Positions 40,714 through 49,700 of a DNA stretch of 64,000 nucleotides are shown piece by piece. Source of the DNA: a virus. The notes beneath the pieces are model-generated. The model was not told the DNA's origin. It saw nothing but the letters and a program-made list of their open reading frames with translations, and did no database searches. Both the position numbers and the translations under genes were made by a program. How positions within the stretch are numbered: position 1 is the stretch's first letter; each line of letters opens with the position of its first letter. The stretch covers positions 1-64,000 of the IMG/VR virus record IMGVR_UViG_3300049988_000024; one strand, given 5' to 3'.

Positions 40714-41582
40714 TGCCAACTTTTCTTGAAAAACTTTCCCTAAACGAATTGTCGCTTGTTGACAAGGGGGCGAATCAACACGCTTCCGTAACGATCTTCA
40801 AGCGCGATGCCTCTTCGGGGGCAGACAAAGGCGGATCGTCCGCCGATTCCACAGCCGAAACAAAGGATGATCCCAACATGGCTGCTACTGAGGCACAGGT
40901 TGCTGACCTGAACAAGAGCGTGGAAGCGCTCACGAAGTCCCTAGACGATACCAAGGCTGAGCTTGCAAAGGCTGAAGCCATCTCCAAGATGAGCGATGCC
41001 GCGAAGACCTATATGAAGTCGCTTGACGACGACGCCAAGGCCAAGTTCATGTCGCTTTCCACGGCTGAGCAGGACGCCAAGGCCGCGAAGGTTGCCAAGG
41101 CTGACGAGACGCTTGAGCTTCACGGCCAGCGCATCCAGAAGTCCGCTGTTGGTGACGGCGTGTTTGCCGTTATGAAGGCGCAGGCTGCGGAAATTCAGAA
41201 GGCCAACGAGCGTATTGAGAAGGCTGAGAACGAGGCTAAGCTTCAGGTTCTTGCCAAGCGAGCTGATGACGAGTTTGCTTCGCTTCCTGGCGATCGCCTC
41301 GCGAAGGCTCGCATTCTGAAGAGCTTCGAGACGCTTTCCGATGAGGACCGCGCCGCTGCGGAGGCCATGCTGAAGGCGGGTTCGTCCTCGCTTGCGAAGG
41401 CGTTTTCGACGGTCGGCAAGAACGGCTCGCCCGCGCAGGCCGAGGGTTCTGCCGAGTCGCAGCTTCAGAAGAAGGCCGAAGAGATCGCGAAGCGCGACAA
41501 CGTTTCCGTCGCCAAGGCTTATGAGACGGCTATTACCGAGAACCCGGACCTTTACGAGTCCATTGAAACCCCTAAGGCGTAA
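40713..41582 (+). CDS. scaffolding protein
   Basis: 289 aa, Ala/Lys/Glu-rich and predicted helical. Positioned between the protease-like and capsid genes. Confidence 0.65.
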   Translation: MPTFLEKLSLNELSLVDKGANQHASVTIFKRDASSGADKGGSSADSTAETKDDPNMAATEAQVADLNKSVEALTKSLDDTKAELAKAEAISKMSDAAKTYMKSLDDDAKAKFMSLSTAEQDAKAAKVAKADETLELHGQRIQKSAVGDGVFAVMKAQAAEIQKANERIEKAENEAKLQVLAKRADDEFASLPGDRLAKARILKSFETLSDEDRAAAEAMLKAGSSSLAKAFSTVGKNGSPAQAEGSAESQLQKKAEEIAKRDNVSVAKAYETAITENPDLYESIETPKA

Positions 41583-41594
41583 AGGAGCCGAGGA

Positions 41595-41951
41595 ATGGCA
41601 ACTTATGACAATCGACAGCTAGTTTCCATGGTCGCCGAGGCGGACATGCGGAACGATTTTTTCAAATTCGTCAAGCACGGTGCGACCGCCGAGGGTATGC
41701 TTCGTGCGGATGGTACGGGTCAGGTTATCGGCGTACTGAGCGCCAAGCCTAACACCGGACAGCCGGGTGCGGTCGGCATTGGTGGCAAGCTTCGCGTTCG
41801 CGCGGGTGGCACCGTTGCTATCGGCGCTCAGGTCACGACCGACGCCAACGGACTTGCGGTCGCTGGTTCTACCAACGTTCTTGGCACCGCTGCAACCGCT
41901 GGCGTAAATGGCCAGCTTATGGAAATCTTCTTCGCGAAGACCGGCTCTTAA
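41595..41951 (+). CDS. head decoration protein (DUF2190-like)
   Basis: 118 aa, Gly/Ala/Val-rich beta pattern (GAVGIGGKLRVRAGGTVAIGAQVTTDANG). Directly precedes the capsid gene. Confidence 0.55.
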   Translation: MATYDNRQLVSMVAEADMRNDFFKFVKHGATAEGMLRADGTGQVIGVLSAKPNTGQPGAVGIGGKLRVRAGGTVAIGAQVTTDANGLAVAGSTNVLGTAATAGVNGQLMEIFFAKTGS

Positions 41952-41974
41952 TCGCCCTAAAAGGATAAACAACG

Positions 41975-42961
41975 ATGCCTATTACTCAGGGCGATGTCTA
42001 CGTTAGCGCCCCTCTAACCAATATCTCGGTTGGCTACGCACAGGATGCCAACAACTTTATTGCGGATCGCGTTTTCCCGCGCGTGCCGGTTGCCGTTCAG
42101 GGTGGCCAGTATTGGGTGTGGAACCGTGAGGACTGGAACCGCAACAACATGAAGAAGCGCGCCGATGGGACCGAATCCCAGGGCGTTGACCTGAATGTGT
42201 CGCGCAAGAACTACTTCGCGTCGGTTTGGGCTCTCCATGTTGATATCGGCGATCAGACTCGCGCCAATGCTTCCAGCGCTTTTGCGCTTGACGCCGACAC
42301 CACGCGCTTCCTGACCACGCAGTACCTTATCAACAAGGAAGCCAACTTTACGAACACCTATTTCAAGACGGGTGTTTGGGGTACGGACTATACGGGCGTT
42401 GCGTCGGGTGCCACGGGCAACCAGCGTATCCAGTGGAGCGATTACACCGCTTCCGATCCGATTGCCGACATTCAGAAGGCGATTATCCGTCAGCTTCTCC
42501 TGACCGGCCAGCGTCCCAACAAGCTGGTTGTCGGTATCGATACGGATTACGTTCTGAAGAACCATCCCGATATCGTGGATCGCGTCAAGTACGGCGGCAC
42601 GAACGCGGCTCCGTCTCAGGTCAACAACGCGGCTCTTGCTACGGTGTTTGGCGTTGACGAGTACCTTGTTTCGGCAGCAACGCAGAACACGGCTGAGGAC
42701 GGCGCACCGGAGAACAACCAGTTCTTCACCGGTAAGAACGCCCTTCTGGTGTATGCGCCGAACGCTCCGGGCCTCATGACTCCTTCCGCCGGTTACACGT
42801 TTGTTTGGTCTTCGTATATCGGTGCTGCCAACGGTGGCGCGCGTATCTCGAAGATGCGTATCGACGTTCGCCGCGCGGATCGCATTGAGGCCGAGGCTGC
42901 GTATTCGCAGGAAGTGGTTGCAGCCGACATGGGTGCCTATTTCTCGAATATCGTCGCCTAA
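41975..42961 (+). CDS. major capsid protein
   Basis: 328 aa, positioned after scaffold and decoration genes. The N-terminus LTNISVGYAQDANNFIADRVFPRVPV is typical of a phage major capsid family. Confidence 0.8.
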   Translation: MPITQGDVYVSAPLTNISVGYAQDANNFIADRVFPRVPVAVQGGQYWVWNREDWNRNNMKKRADGTESQGVDLNVSRKNYFASVWALHVDIGDQTRANASSAFALDADTTRFLTTQYLINKEANFTNTYFKTGVWGTDYTGVASGATGNQRIQWSDYTASDPIADIQKAIIRQLLLTGQRPNKLVVGIDTDYVLKNHPDIVDRVKYGGTNAAPSQVNNAALATVFGVDEYLVSAATQNTAEDGAPENNQFFTGKNALLVYAPNAPGLMTPSAGYTFVWSSYIGAANGGARISKMRIDVRRADRIEAEAAYSQEVVAADMGAYFSNIVA

Positions 42962-42988
42962 AATTAACGCCCAAGAAGGAATCAGTCA

Positions 42989-43582
42989 ATGCCTCAGTCG
43001 AAATATTTCTTGGGCGAATGGAAGGACGTTGCAGATGGGGAGTTCGTGGTTGCGCGAGCTTTCCCGGTTGCAGGCGAAGTGCAGGCTCCCGGAACTCCGT
43101 TCGAAAAGGACGGCATTGACGGGCGCCGGTTGAAGCAGCTTTACGAAGCAAGATACATCACGCCTCGCGATAGCGATTTGCCGGGGCTTGGAGGCACCGT
43201 AGAACGCGAATTGAAGGGCGATGCTACCGACCTAGCGGCCAGCCCTTCCGAAGGCGCCCTAGAGGCTTTTACGGGCGATTCCACTGAAGAGGTTGCGGAA
43301 CGCTACGAAGACGAGCCTACGGACGCGGAAGAGCCGGTTGTGAATAGCGCTACCGAGCCTGAACTTCGCGAAGGCGATGAAGCCGCGCCAGTTAGCGATA
43401 TCAAGGAAGACACCGAGACGGAAAAACAGCCCAAGCGCACCGGAACGGTTGTCGAAGGCAAGGCCGGTTGGTTCCACGTCGAGGACGGCGAAGGCAATAA
43501 GGTCGGCAAGTCCACCCGTGACGAGGAAGAGGCAAAGGAGAACCTTGAACTCTACCTTTTGGGTGAGAATTTCGAGGAATAA
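42989..43582 (+). CDS. hypothetical acidic protein
   Basis: ORF track. Long Asp/Glu-rich, probably disordered middle section. Confidence 0.6.
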   Translation: MPQSKYFLGEWKDVADGEFVVARAFPVAGEVQAPGTPFEKDGIDGRRLKQLYEARYITPRDSDLPGLGGTVERELKGDATDLAASPSEGALEAFTGDSTEEVAERYEDEPTDAEEPVVNSATEPELREGDEAAPVSDIKEDTETEKQPKRTGTVVEGKAGWFHVEDGEGNKVGKSTRDEEEAKENLELYLLGENFEE

Positions 43583-43591
43583 TCCAGACTT

Positions 43592-43820
43592 GTATAGCTT
43601 AAACTATTGATTTTGTTGGTTCTTTTTCGGAGCTATACGGGTTTTTGAGTGAAAGTGAAAAGTTTTTAAACTGATATTACTACTACCCTTTCTCTTTTTT
43701 ATATACTTTATAAAAGAGAGAAGAATATGGTATAGCTAAAAAAATAAGATAACAAAAACAACAGCTTAAGCTATACGCAATTTGAAATCAGACCCCAAAT
43801 CCGTATAGCCTTCGTATAGC
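43592..43820 (-). repeat. 229-bp composite element, copy 3 (inverted)
   Basis: The reverse complement aligns with copies 1 and 2. Boxes at the same offsets counted from 43820 (43820, 43809, 43776, 43734, 43638, 43598). Confidence 0.9.
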
Positions 43821-43832
43821 GGGAACCCCGAA

Positions 43833-44213
43833 ATGCCCAGCTTCCTTGAAGGTCCTCTTCGTAACGCCGTGGCCGTTGGCTTTCGCGGCAAGCTGAAAAA
43901 GGGTATGTTGCGCCGGGATGTGTTCGCTGCTGGCGTAGATGAATACGGCGATCCGCTTCCATCGTCAACCGTTTCTTATCCGTTCGAAGGCTTCGTAGAT
44001 ACGTATTCTGCTTTCGTTCGCGCTCAGGCGGGCATCCCTGATACAGATGCCAAGATTTGTATTCTAGGCGCAAATTTGCCTAAAGGCGTTGTTCCGCGTC
44101 AAGGCGATCGGATCACGCTTGGCGGGCAACGCTTCCAAGCGGTTCGATTGACCAATGTTGATCCCGCTGGCGCCCTCTACGAAGTTCAGTCTACGGAGCT
44201 TCCGGATGGCTGA
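43833..44213 (+). CDS. head-tail joining / head closure protein
   Basis: ORF track. Size and position before the gp10-like gene. Family not verified. Confidence 0.5.
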   Translation: MPSFLEGPLRNAVAVGFRGKLKKGMLRRDVFAAGVDEYGDPLPSSTVSYPFEGFVDTYSAFVRAQAGIPDTDAKICILGANLPKGVVPRQGDRITLGGQRFQAVRLTNVDPAGALYEVQSTELPDG

Positions 44214-44607
44214 ATCCAAGCTCTCAGGCGGATGGGACGGTATACCCGACAAGTTGCGTCAGGCAGCGGCACGCGGTGTGTTGGCCGGAACGGAAGCGGT
44301 TCGAACAGAAGCCGTATCCTTGATCCTGAATACAGCCAAGACGGGACGTGTCTATGGAAAGCATCAGGCTTCGGCTCCTGGCGAACCTTTTGCGTCTGAT
44401 ACTGGAACGGCGGTCAATCAAATCAGGACCTCCTATGAACCGGACGGTTTGACGGGTTACGTGAACAGTTCCGTTGAGTATGGTGCAGCTCTTGAGTTTG
44501 GCACCGAAAATATGGCGCCACGTCCTTACCTCCGTCCCGCGCTTCAAAACAAGACCAAGGAAGTAAGCGACGGCATTTACAACGAAATCGTGAAGGCCCT
44601 CAAGTGA
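44206..44607 (+). CDS. HK97 gp10-like neck / tail-completion protein
   Basis: ORF track 44155..44607, ATG at 44206. VEYGAALEFGTENMAPRPYLRPAL is the gp10-family hallmark. Confidence 0.65.
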   Translation: MAESKLSGGWDGIPDKLRQAAARGVLAGTEAVRTEAVSLILNTAKTGRVYGKHQASAPGEPFASDTGTAVNQIRTSYEPDGLTGYVNSSVEYGAALEFGTENMAPRPYLRPALQNKTKEVSDGIYNEIVKALK

Positions 44608-45068
44608 TCGATCTTTCCGTTTCCGTTCGATCTTTGATCCTTGCAACGCCCGCTATCGCTAACCTTTTGCCCACTTACCAAAATTCTAAAGCCGTTTTCA
44701 CCCGCCGCCCCGCTCCTGCTGATGCAACCGGCCTCATGGTCTTTGTTTCGCCTATGATTGGCGGCGGCGTCGATAGCGATTTCCTTCGGTCGCAAAAGCG
44801 CGAAGTCACTTACGATATCTCGGTTTATGGTCCGAACGATACTGCCACAAACTATCGCAAAGCGCAAGACGTTGGCTTTGCTCTAGCGCAAACCTTTCAT
44901 CGCCTGGACCCGCGCAAGCTTGATATGCCGGAAGGCTGGCATCTTGTCCGCGCCAAATGTTTTGGGCCAATGCCCGCCCCGACTGATGATCAAAAGATCG
45001 TAGGCCGCATGGTTAGCGTCCAGTTCTTGATTGCTCAGAACACGGCATCCGCCGTTACAACGCCCTGA
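44604..45068 (+). CDS. tail terminator / tail completion protein (DUF3168-like)
   Basis: ORF track. Positioned before the major tail gene. Confidence 0.5.
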   Translation: MIDLSVSVRSLILATPAIANLLPTYQNSKAVFTRRPAPADATGLMVFVSPMIGGGVDSDFLRSQKREVTYDISVYGPNDTATNYRKAQDVGFALAQTFHRLDPRKLDMPEGWHLVRAKCFGPMPAPTDDQKIVGRMVSVQFLIAQNTASAVTTP

Positions 45069-45109
45069 AGGGCTTCTTCCCACAACGCCATATTGAAGGA
45101 TGATCCCTA

Positions 45110-45601
45110 ATGGCTCTGAATGTTTACACCGCTGCTGGCACTGATGTTGCGATTGGCACCACCAAGGATGTTGATCTGACTGGTAATGACGCTGCGATCG
45201 TCACGTCTTTTGCTGCGGATACTTATACCGAAGTTTCGCTTGTCGAGGACGTTGGCGAGTTTGGCGACGAGGCTACCGCTGTTACGTTTACGGCGCTGAA
45301 GGATTCGCGCGTTCGCAAGGCCAAGGGTTCGCGCGACGCGGGTACGATTGCTCTGGTTTGCGCTCGCGCGCCTAACGACGCAGGTCAGGACATCATGCGT
45401 CAGGCAGAGAAGTCGCCGCTTGACTACAACCTTCGCATTACGCTGAACGACCAGTTGACGGATGCGGGTGATCCTACGGTTTATTACATGCGCGTCAAGG
45501 TTATGTCGCAGCGTACCGCCGTTGGTTCGGTTGACAACGTGATCCGTACTACGTTTAATCTTGGCATCAACTCTGCAATCTACGAAGTTGAAGCCGATTA
45601 A
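45110..45601 (+). CDS. major tail protein
   Basis: 163 aa, positioned upstream of the chaperone pair and tape measure gene. Confidence 0.7.
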   Translation: MALNVYTAAGTDVAIGTTKDVDLTGNDAAIVTSFAADTYTEVSLVEDVGEFGDEATAVTFTALKDSRVRKAKGSRDAGTIALVCARAPNDAGQDIMRQAEKSPLDYNLRITLNDQLTDAGDPTVYYMRVKVMSQRTAVGSVDNVIRTTFNLGINSAIYEVEAD

Positions 45602-45604
45602 CAC

Positions 45605-45633
45605 TTGACTTTGCCGCGTAGTTATGCTATAAG
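45605..45633 (+). promoter_or_regulatory. sigma70-type promoter candidate after the major tail gene
   Basis: TTGACT (45605-45610), 17 nt, TATAAG (45628-45633). Confidence 0.5.
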
Positions 45634-45729
45634 GCAAAGTCCACTATCCCGCGATATGCGGGCTAGGAAAGCTGGCGGCGTCGGGGCGCTGGCTTTCCGC
45701 TTCCCGACACTCCGGCGAAAGGTTTTGAA

Positions 45730-46098
45730 ATGGCTACCGCTTACACGGATGGCGTGATCGATATTGTTCTTGACGGCAAAGACTATACGCTTGTTTCGTC
45801 TGCCAAGGCAATGCGCGATATCAACGCCGCTTTCGGGGGAATGCAGAACGCCTTTGCGGCTGTTCAGAGTTTGAACACGGATAGTCTGGAAGCTATTCTT
45901 CGCGCTGGTTTGACGCGCAAGGATGCAATAGATTTGCAGGAGAAGATTTATCTAACCGGTGTTCAGGAACTTGTTCTTCCGGCTATGCAGTTTGTTATGA
46001 TGGTCAACAACGGCGGCAAGCACCCGGATAACGTTGCGGAGGACAAGGAAGCGGAGACGCGCCCTCCGCAACGAAAGCCAAAGGCAAGCGAAACCTAA
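45730..46098 (+). CDS. tail assembly chaperone (gpG-like)
   Basis: 122 aa, positioned between the major tail and tape measure genes. Confidence 0.65.
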   Translation: MATAYTDGVIDIVLDGKDYTLVSSAKAMRDINAAFGGMQNAFAAVQSLNTDSLEAILRAGLTRKDAIDLQEKIYLTGVQELVLPAMQFVMMVNNGGKHPDNVAEDKEAETRPPQRKPKASET

Positions 46099-46184
46099 CC
46101 GTAGAAGAATGGCTGGTTGAGTGGCTGAAAGACAAGATAGCCGCTCTACCGCATTGGCGCTTCAAGGATATCGAATCGCTTCCG

Positions 46185-46382
46185 ATGCCGATAGTCGAGA
46201 TGGCCGCTGAAGCTGCTAACGAACGGCGTGACGAAGAGAATCGCTTTCAGGCCGCCTTGCATGGAATGAAGCTACCCGAAAAGCGCGTTCCGCTTTCTGC
46301 GAATAGCATTAAAGCAACACTCGCGAATATGCCGAAAGGTATCAAGACCGTAAAGAGGTCAGACGTAGCTAAAGCCTCTTGA
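46185..46382 (+). CDS. tail assembly chaperone extension (gpT-like), possibly made by -1 frameshift
   Basis: This frame is already open from 46092 or earlier, upstream of the gpG-like stop, and is -1 relative to that gene. No canonical slippery heptamer was seen. Confidence 0.45.
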   Translation: MPIVEMAAEAANERRDEENRFQAALHGMKLPEKRVPLSANSIKATLANMPKGIKTVKRSDVAKAS

Positions 46383-46440
46383 CATTTCAGGAAAGGGCGA
46401 CAATCTGCCTCTCATCGCAAACGATCCATAGGAGATCACG

Positions 46441-46737
46441 ATGAAGACCGCAGTTGCCGCCCTTTTTCTTTGCCTTGCCGCCAGTGCGGCACAGGCTCAA
46501 GATGCGCAGATTTGCCGTTCTATTCATGACGCTTCTGAGCGCATGATCGAAGCAACAGAAGCGCAGATCGAAGCCCTTTCACAACTTGATTTTGAAGACA
46601 CGGCGGTTGTTCTTCGCGTAGAAGATCGCAACATCGCTTATGCCATGGTTCGCGCTCGCAACGAGACGCTTGAAGCCTTGACGCAACTACGTCTTACTCA
46701 GAAGCAATTCCTTGGAGCACTTGAACGTTGCTCCTAA
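46441..46737 (+). CDS. secreted small protein (moron candidate)
   Basis: Signal peptide MKTAVAALFLCLAASAAQA-QD; GGAG RBS. Inserted between the chaperone and tape measure genes. Confidence 0.65.
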   Translation: MKTAVAALFLCLAASAAQAQDAQICRSIHDASERMIEATEAQIEALSQLDFEDTAVVLRVEDRNIAYAMVRARNETLEALTQLRLTQKQFLGALERCS

Positions 46738-46752
46738 TCGTATGGAGCAATT

Positions 46753-49700
46753 ATGGCTGAAACAACGGGTGCAACGGGCGATCTTCGGCTAACGATTACG
46801 GCTGATGTCGGTCAAGCCAATAAAGCGCTTGATCAGCTTGAAAAGGATGCGAAGTCTGCGGGCAACGCGGCATCCGTCAGTCTTGGAAAGATTGAATCGC
46901 TCTTAGAGCAAATCAATGCAGCCGCACAGTCTGCAGCCGGGTCTTTGGGTAAACCTTTCTCGCAGGCTAATCCAGAGATCGATAAGTATCGCAGTAATAT
47001 TCTAAAGCTGGAAAAGCAGGTTTCTTCGCTTCAGACGCAACTTGACAAGCTTGCAAAGACGCCTGCGCCTAAACCTCCTGAAGGTCCCGATGTCAACGCG
47101 CTACGGGCAAAGTGGGACCCTCTTTTTGCAATTTCTCAGAAGTACAAGGAAAATATTGCTGAAATTGCTGCGGCAGAGAAGGCGGGCGCCCTAACAACTG
47201 CGACAGCAAATAATGCCAGAGAAGCTGCGGCTAATATCGCGAATACCCAAATGCTTGCCACTAACAAGCTTAATGCAAGTATGGGCACGCTCAATAGCAC
47301 AACCAAGCTGACCTCCAACCAGCTTCTAAACCTTTCTCGGCAGGGCAATGACGCCCTGACAATGCTGGCCTCCGGGTCTAGCATTTTTCAAGTTGCCGCA
47401 ACCCAAGCAGGACAAGTTTTCGGTGCGCTTGAAGAGGGGCCGCAAGGGCTTAAAGGCTCTATGGAAGCCGTTAAGCAATACGCGCTTTCCGCTATCTCCG
47501 CAATCGGACCTCTTAATCTAGCGTTTGGCGCTGCCGCTCTTGCGGCTGGCGGACTTTTAATTGCGCTGAAGCGTGATGTTGAACCTACGGAAGACATCAT
47601 AAAGCGTCAGGCCGCTAGTGTCAAGCGGCTTACCGAAGAATATAATCTTGTTGCGCCTGCGGCGGAAGCCGCTGGGCGGCGTTCGCGTGCCGCTATGAAT
47701 TTCGAGGTTGGCGAGCAAACAAAGAAGGATTTGCTGAATCTTCAGCGAATGGCCTTCGATATGCAATCGCTTCCTGGCGTTAATACGCTTTTCAATCAAC
47801 GTAATCGCACCTATGATATGGGTGCGCCAATTCGTAAGGCTTTGGAAGACCTTCGCGCGTCTGCCAAGGCTGGTGTTCCTGATTTTGTTGCGTATCGTGA
47901 TGCTCTAACGCGCGTAGCAGAAAGCAATGCCCCGGAAAATATTCGCGAGCTTGCGAAGCAGCTTTTGACATCTTCCGAGGAAGCGGAAAAGGCGCGTCGC
48001 TCTTATCTTGGTGTGGCTGATGCGCAAAACGAAATCAAGACCCGTTCTAACGAAGCACGCCAGAAGCTTGCGGAGTTGCAGCGCGAATTCAGTGCTTTTA
48101 ATCCTGATTCGCGCTCTGATGCGCAAAAAATTCGTGATAATTATGTGAAGCAGATAGCGGAAATCAATAAGATCGTCACGGACAATCCTCGTGTGATCAA
48201 CGGACTTATTGATTCTGCGACGCAGCAAGCTACCGCAGCGTTGGATAAACTTGCGGAAGGAGCAAAGCAGAAGCAAATTGAAACTGCGCAAGCGCTTGCA
48301 AATGTTGGATTGAAGCCTCTTGAAAAGTCTATTCAGGAAACAACTCAACGTTATAACGCCGAAATCGAGGAATACAAGAAAACAAAAGGAGATTTGGCTG
48401 GCGTTCAGGCCCTTGAAGCTGCTAAGCTTAACGATATTGCACGTCTTCGTAAGGAAGCTGGAATTGCGGCAGAAGAAGAAGCTGTAAAAATTCGTAAGGC
48501 TGGCGACGATCGTATTGCGTCACTGAATCAGACTGTTGCGCAAATGCAGGTGCAAGTTGAAACTTTCGGGATGACCGAAGGTGCGGCTGCGGCTTATGAG
48601 TTTCGTTTGCGTGCTCTCGCGGAAGCACAGCGCGCGGTTGGCGAGAATAGCGTTATCCCGGAAGCGGAGCGCGCTGCAATCGAAGCTGCCGCGCAGCAAG
48701 TTGGTCAATATACCGATCAACTGAAGGCTATGAACGAGGAAAAGCAGAAATCGCAGCGGTTGGCGGACTTCGAAGCCGATCTAGCTTTTGGCTCGCAGAT
48801 TCGTGGCCTTTCCCGCGAAGATCAAGCTATTGCGGAAAAGCTTCGTTCCGTTGGCGTTGATTACCTCAGCGTTCAAGGTCAGCAATACGCAGCCCAAATG
48901 AAATTCAACGATGCGTTCAAGGAAACCAAGGACGCAGCGATTGATTTTCAGGACGTTGGCGAATCTATTTTTGACACTCTGAACGAAAGCCTCAGCAAGG
49001 GTGAAGGTTTGCTGAAAAGCTTTGCCAATATGTTTTCGAAGCTTGCAAACCAGCTTGCTTCGCAGGCATTCGGTAAGCTTTTTGGTGGGTTGTTTAATCC
49101 CGGCCAACCTACCGGCATTGGTTCCGGTGGCGGCCTAGCTGGGGCTATTGGTTCGGCTCTAAGCGGTGGCGGTTCTGCGGCTACGCCTTCCGCGAACCCA
49201 TACCTTAAGTCGCAGCAACAGTTCAGTTCGGCGGTTCCTGAGTTCAGCGACGCAACGGGCGATCTTGCGGCGGCGGCTAAGGCTATCAGGAAGATTGAAA
49301 GTGGCTCGTTTGAAGGTAACTATAACGCAAAAGGCGTGATCACCAAGAACGGCGACCGTGCTTACGGCGCGTATCAGATGATGGGGAATAACATCCCATC
49401 TTGGTCTAAGACAGCGCTTGGCCGTGCCATTTCAATTAATGAATTTCTTGGAAATAAGCCGGTTCAAGACGCAATTTATAACAAAATCTTTGGAGGATAC
49501 GCCAAAAAATACGGTTGGGAAGGTGCTTCTCGTGCTTGGTTTGGTGGCGAAGGAGGAATGAAAAACTGGAATGCCAAGGACGCCGTTGGCACATCGGTTG
49601 GCTCCTATGGTTCGCAGTTCGGCAAATACTTTGCTATGAACGGCGGCGGCTCTGGTTATCGCAATACTGGTTCTATTGATGAGCGCGGCGCGACCAAGGA

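Noticed and set aside
46379-46407. TTGACA at 46379-46384 as the promoter of the secreted-protein moron.
   Set aside because: The best -10 candidates (CAATCT, AATCTG) are poor. It is left out of the feature list, although the gene may still have its own promoter.
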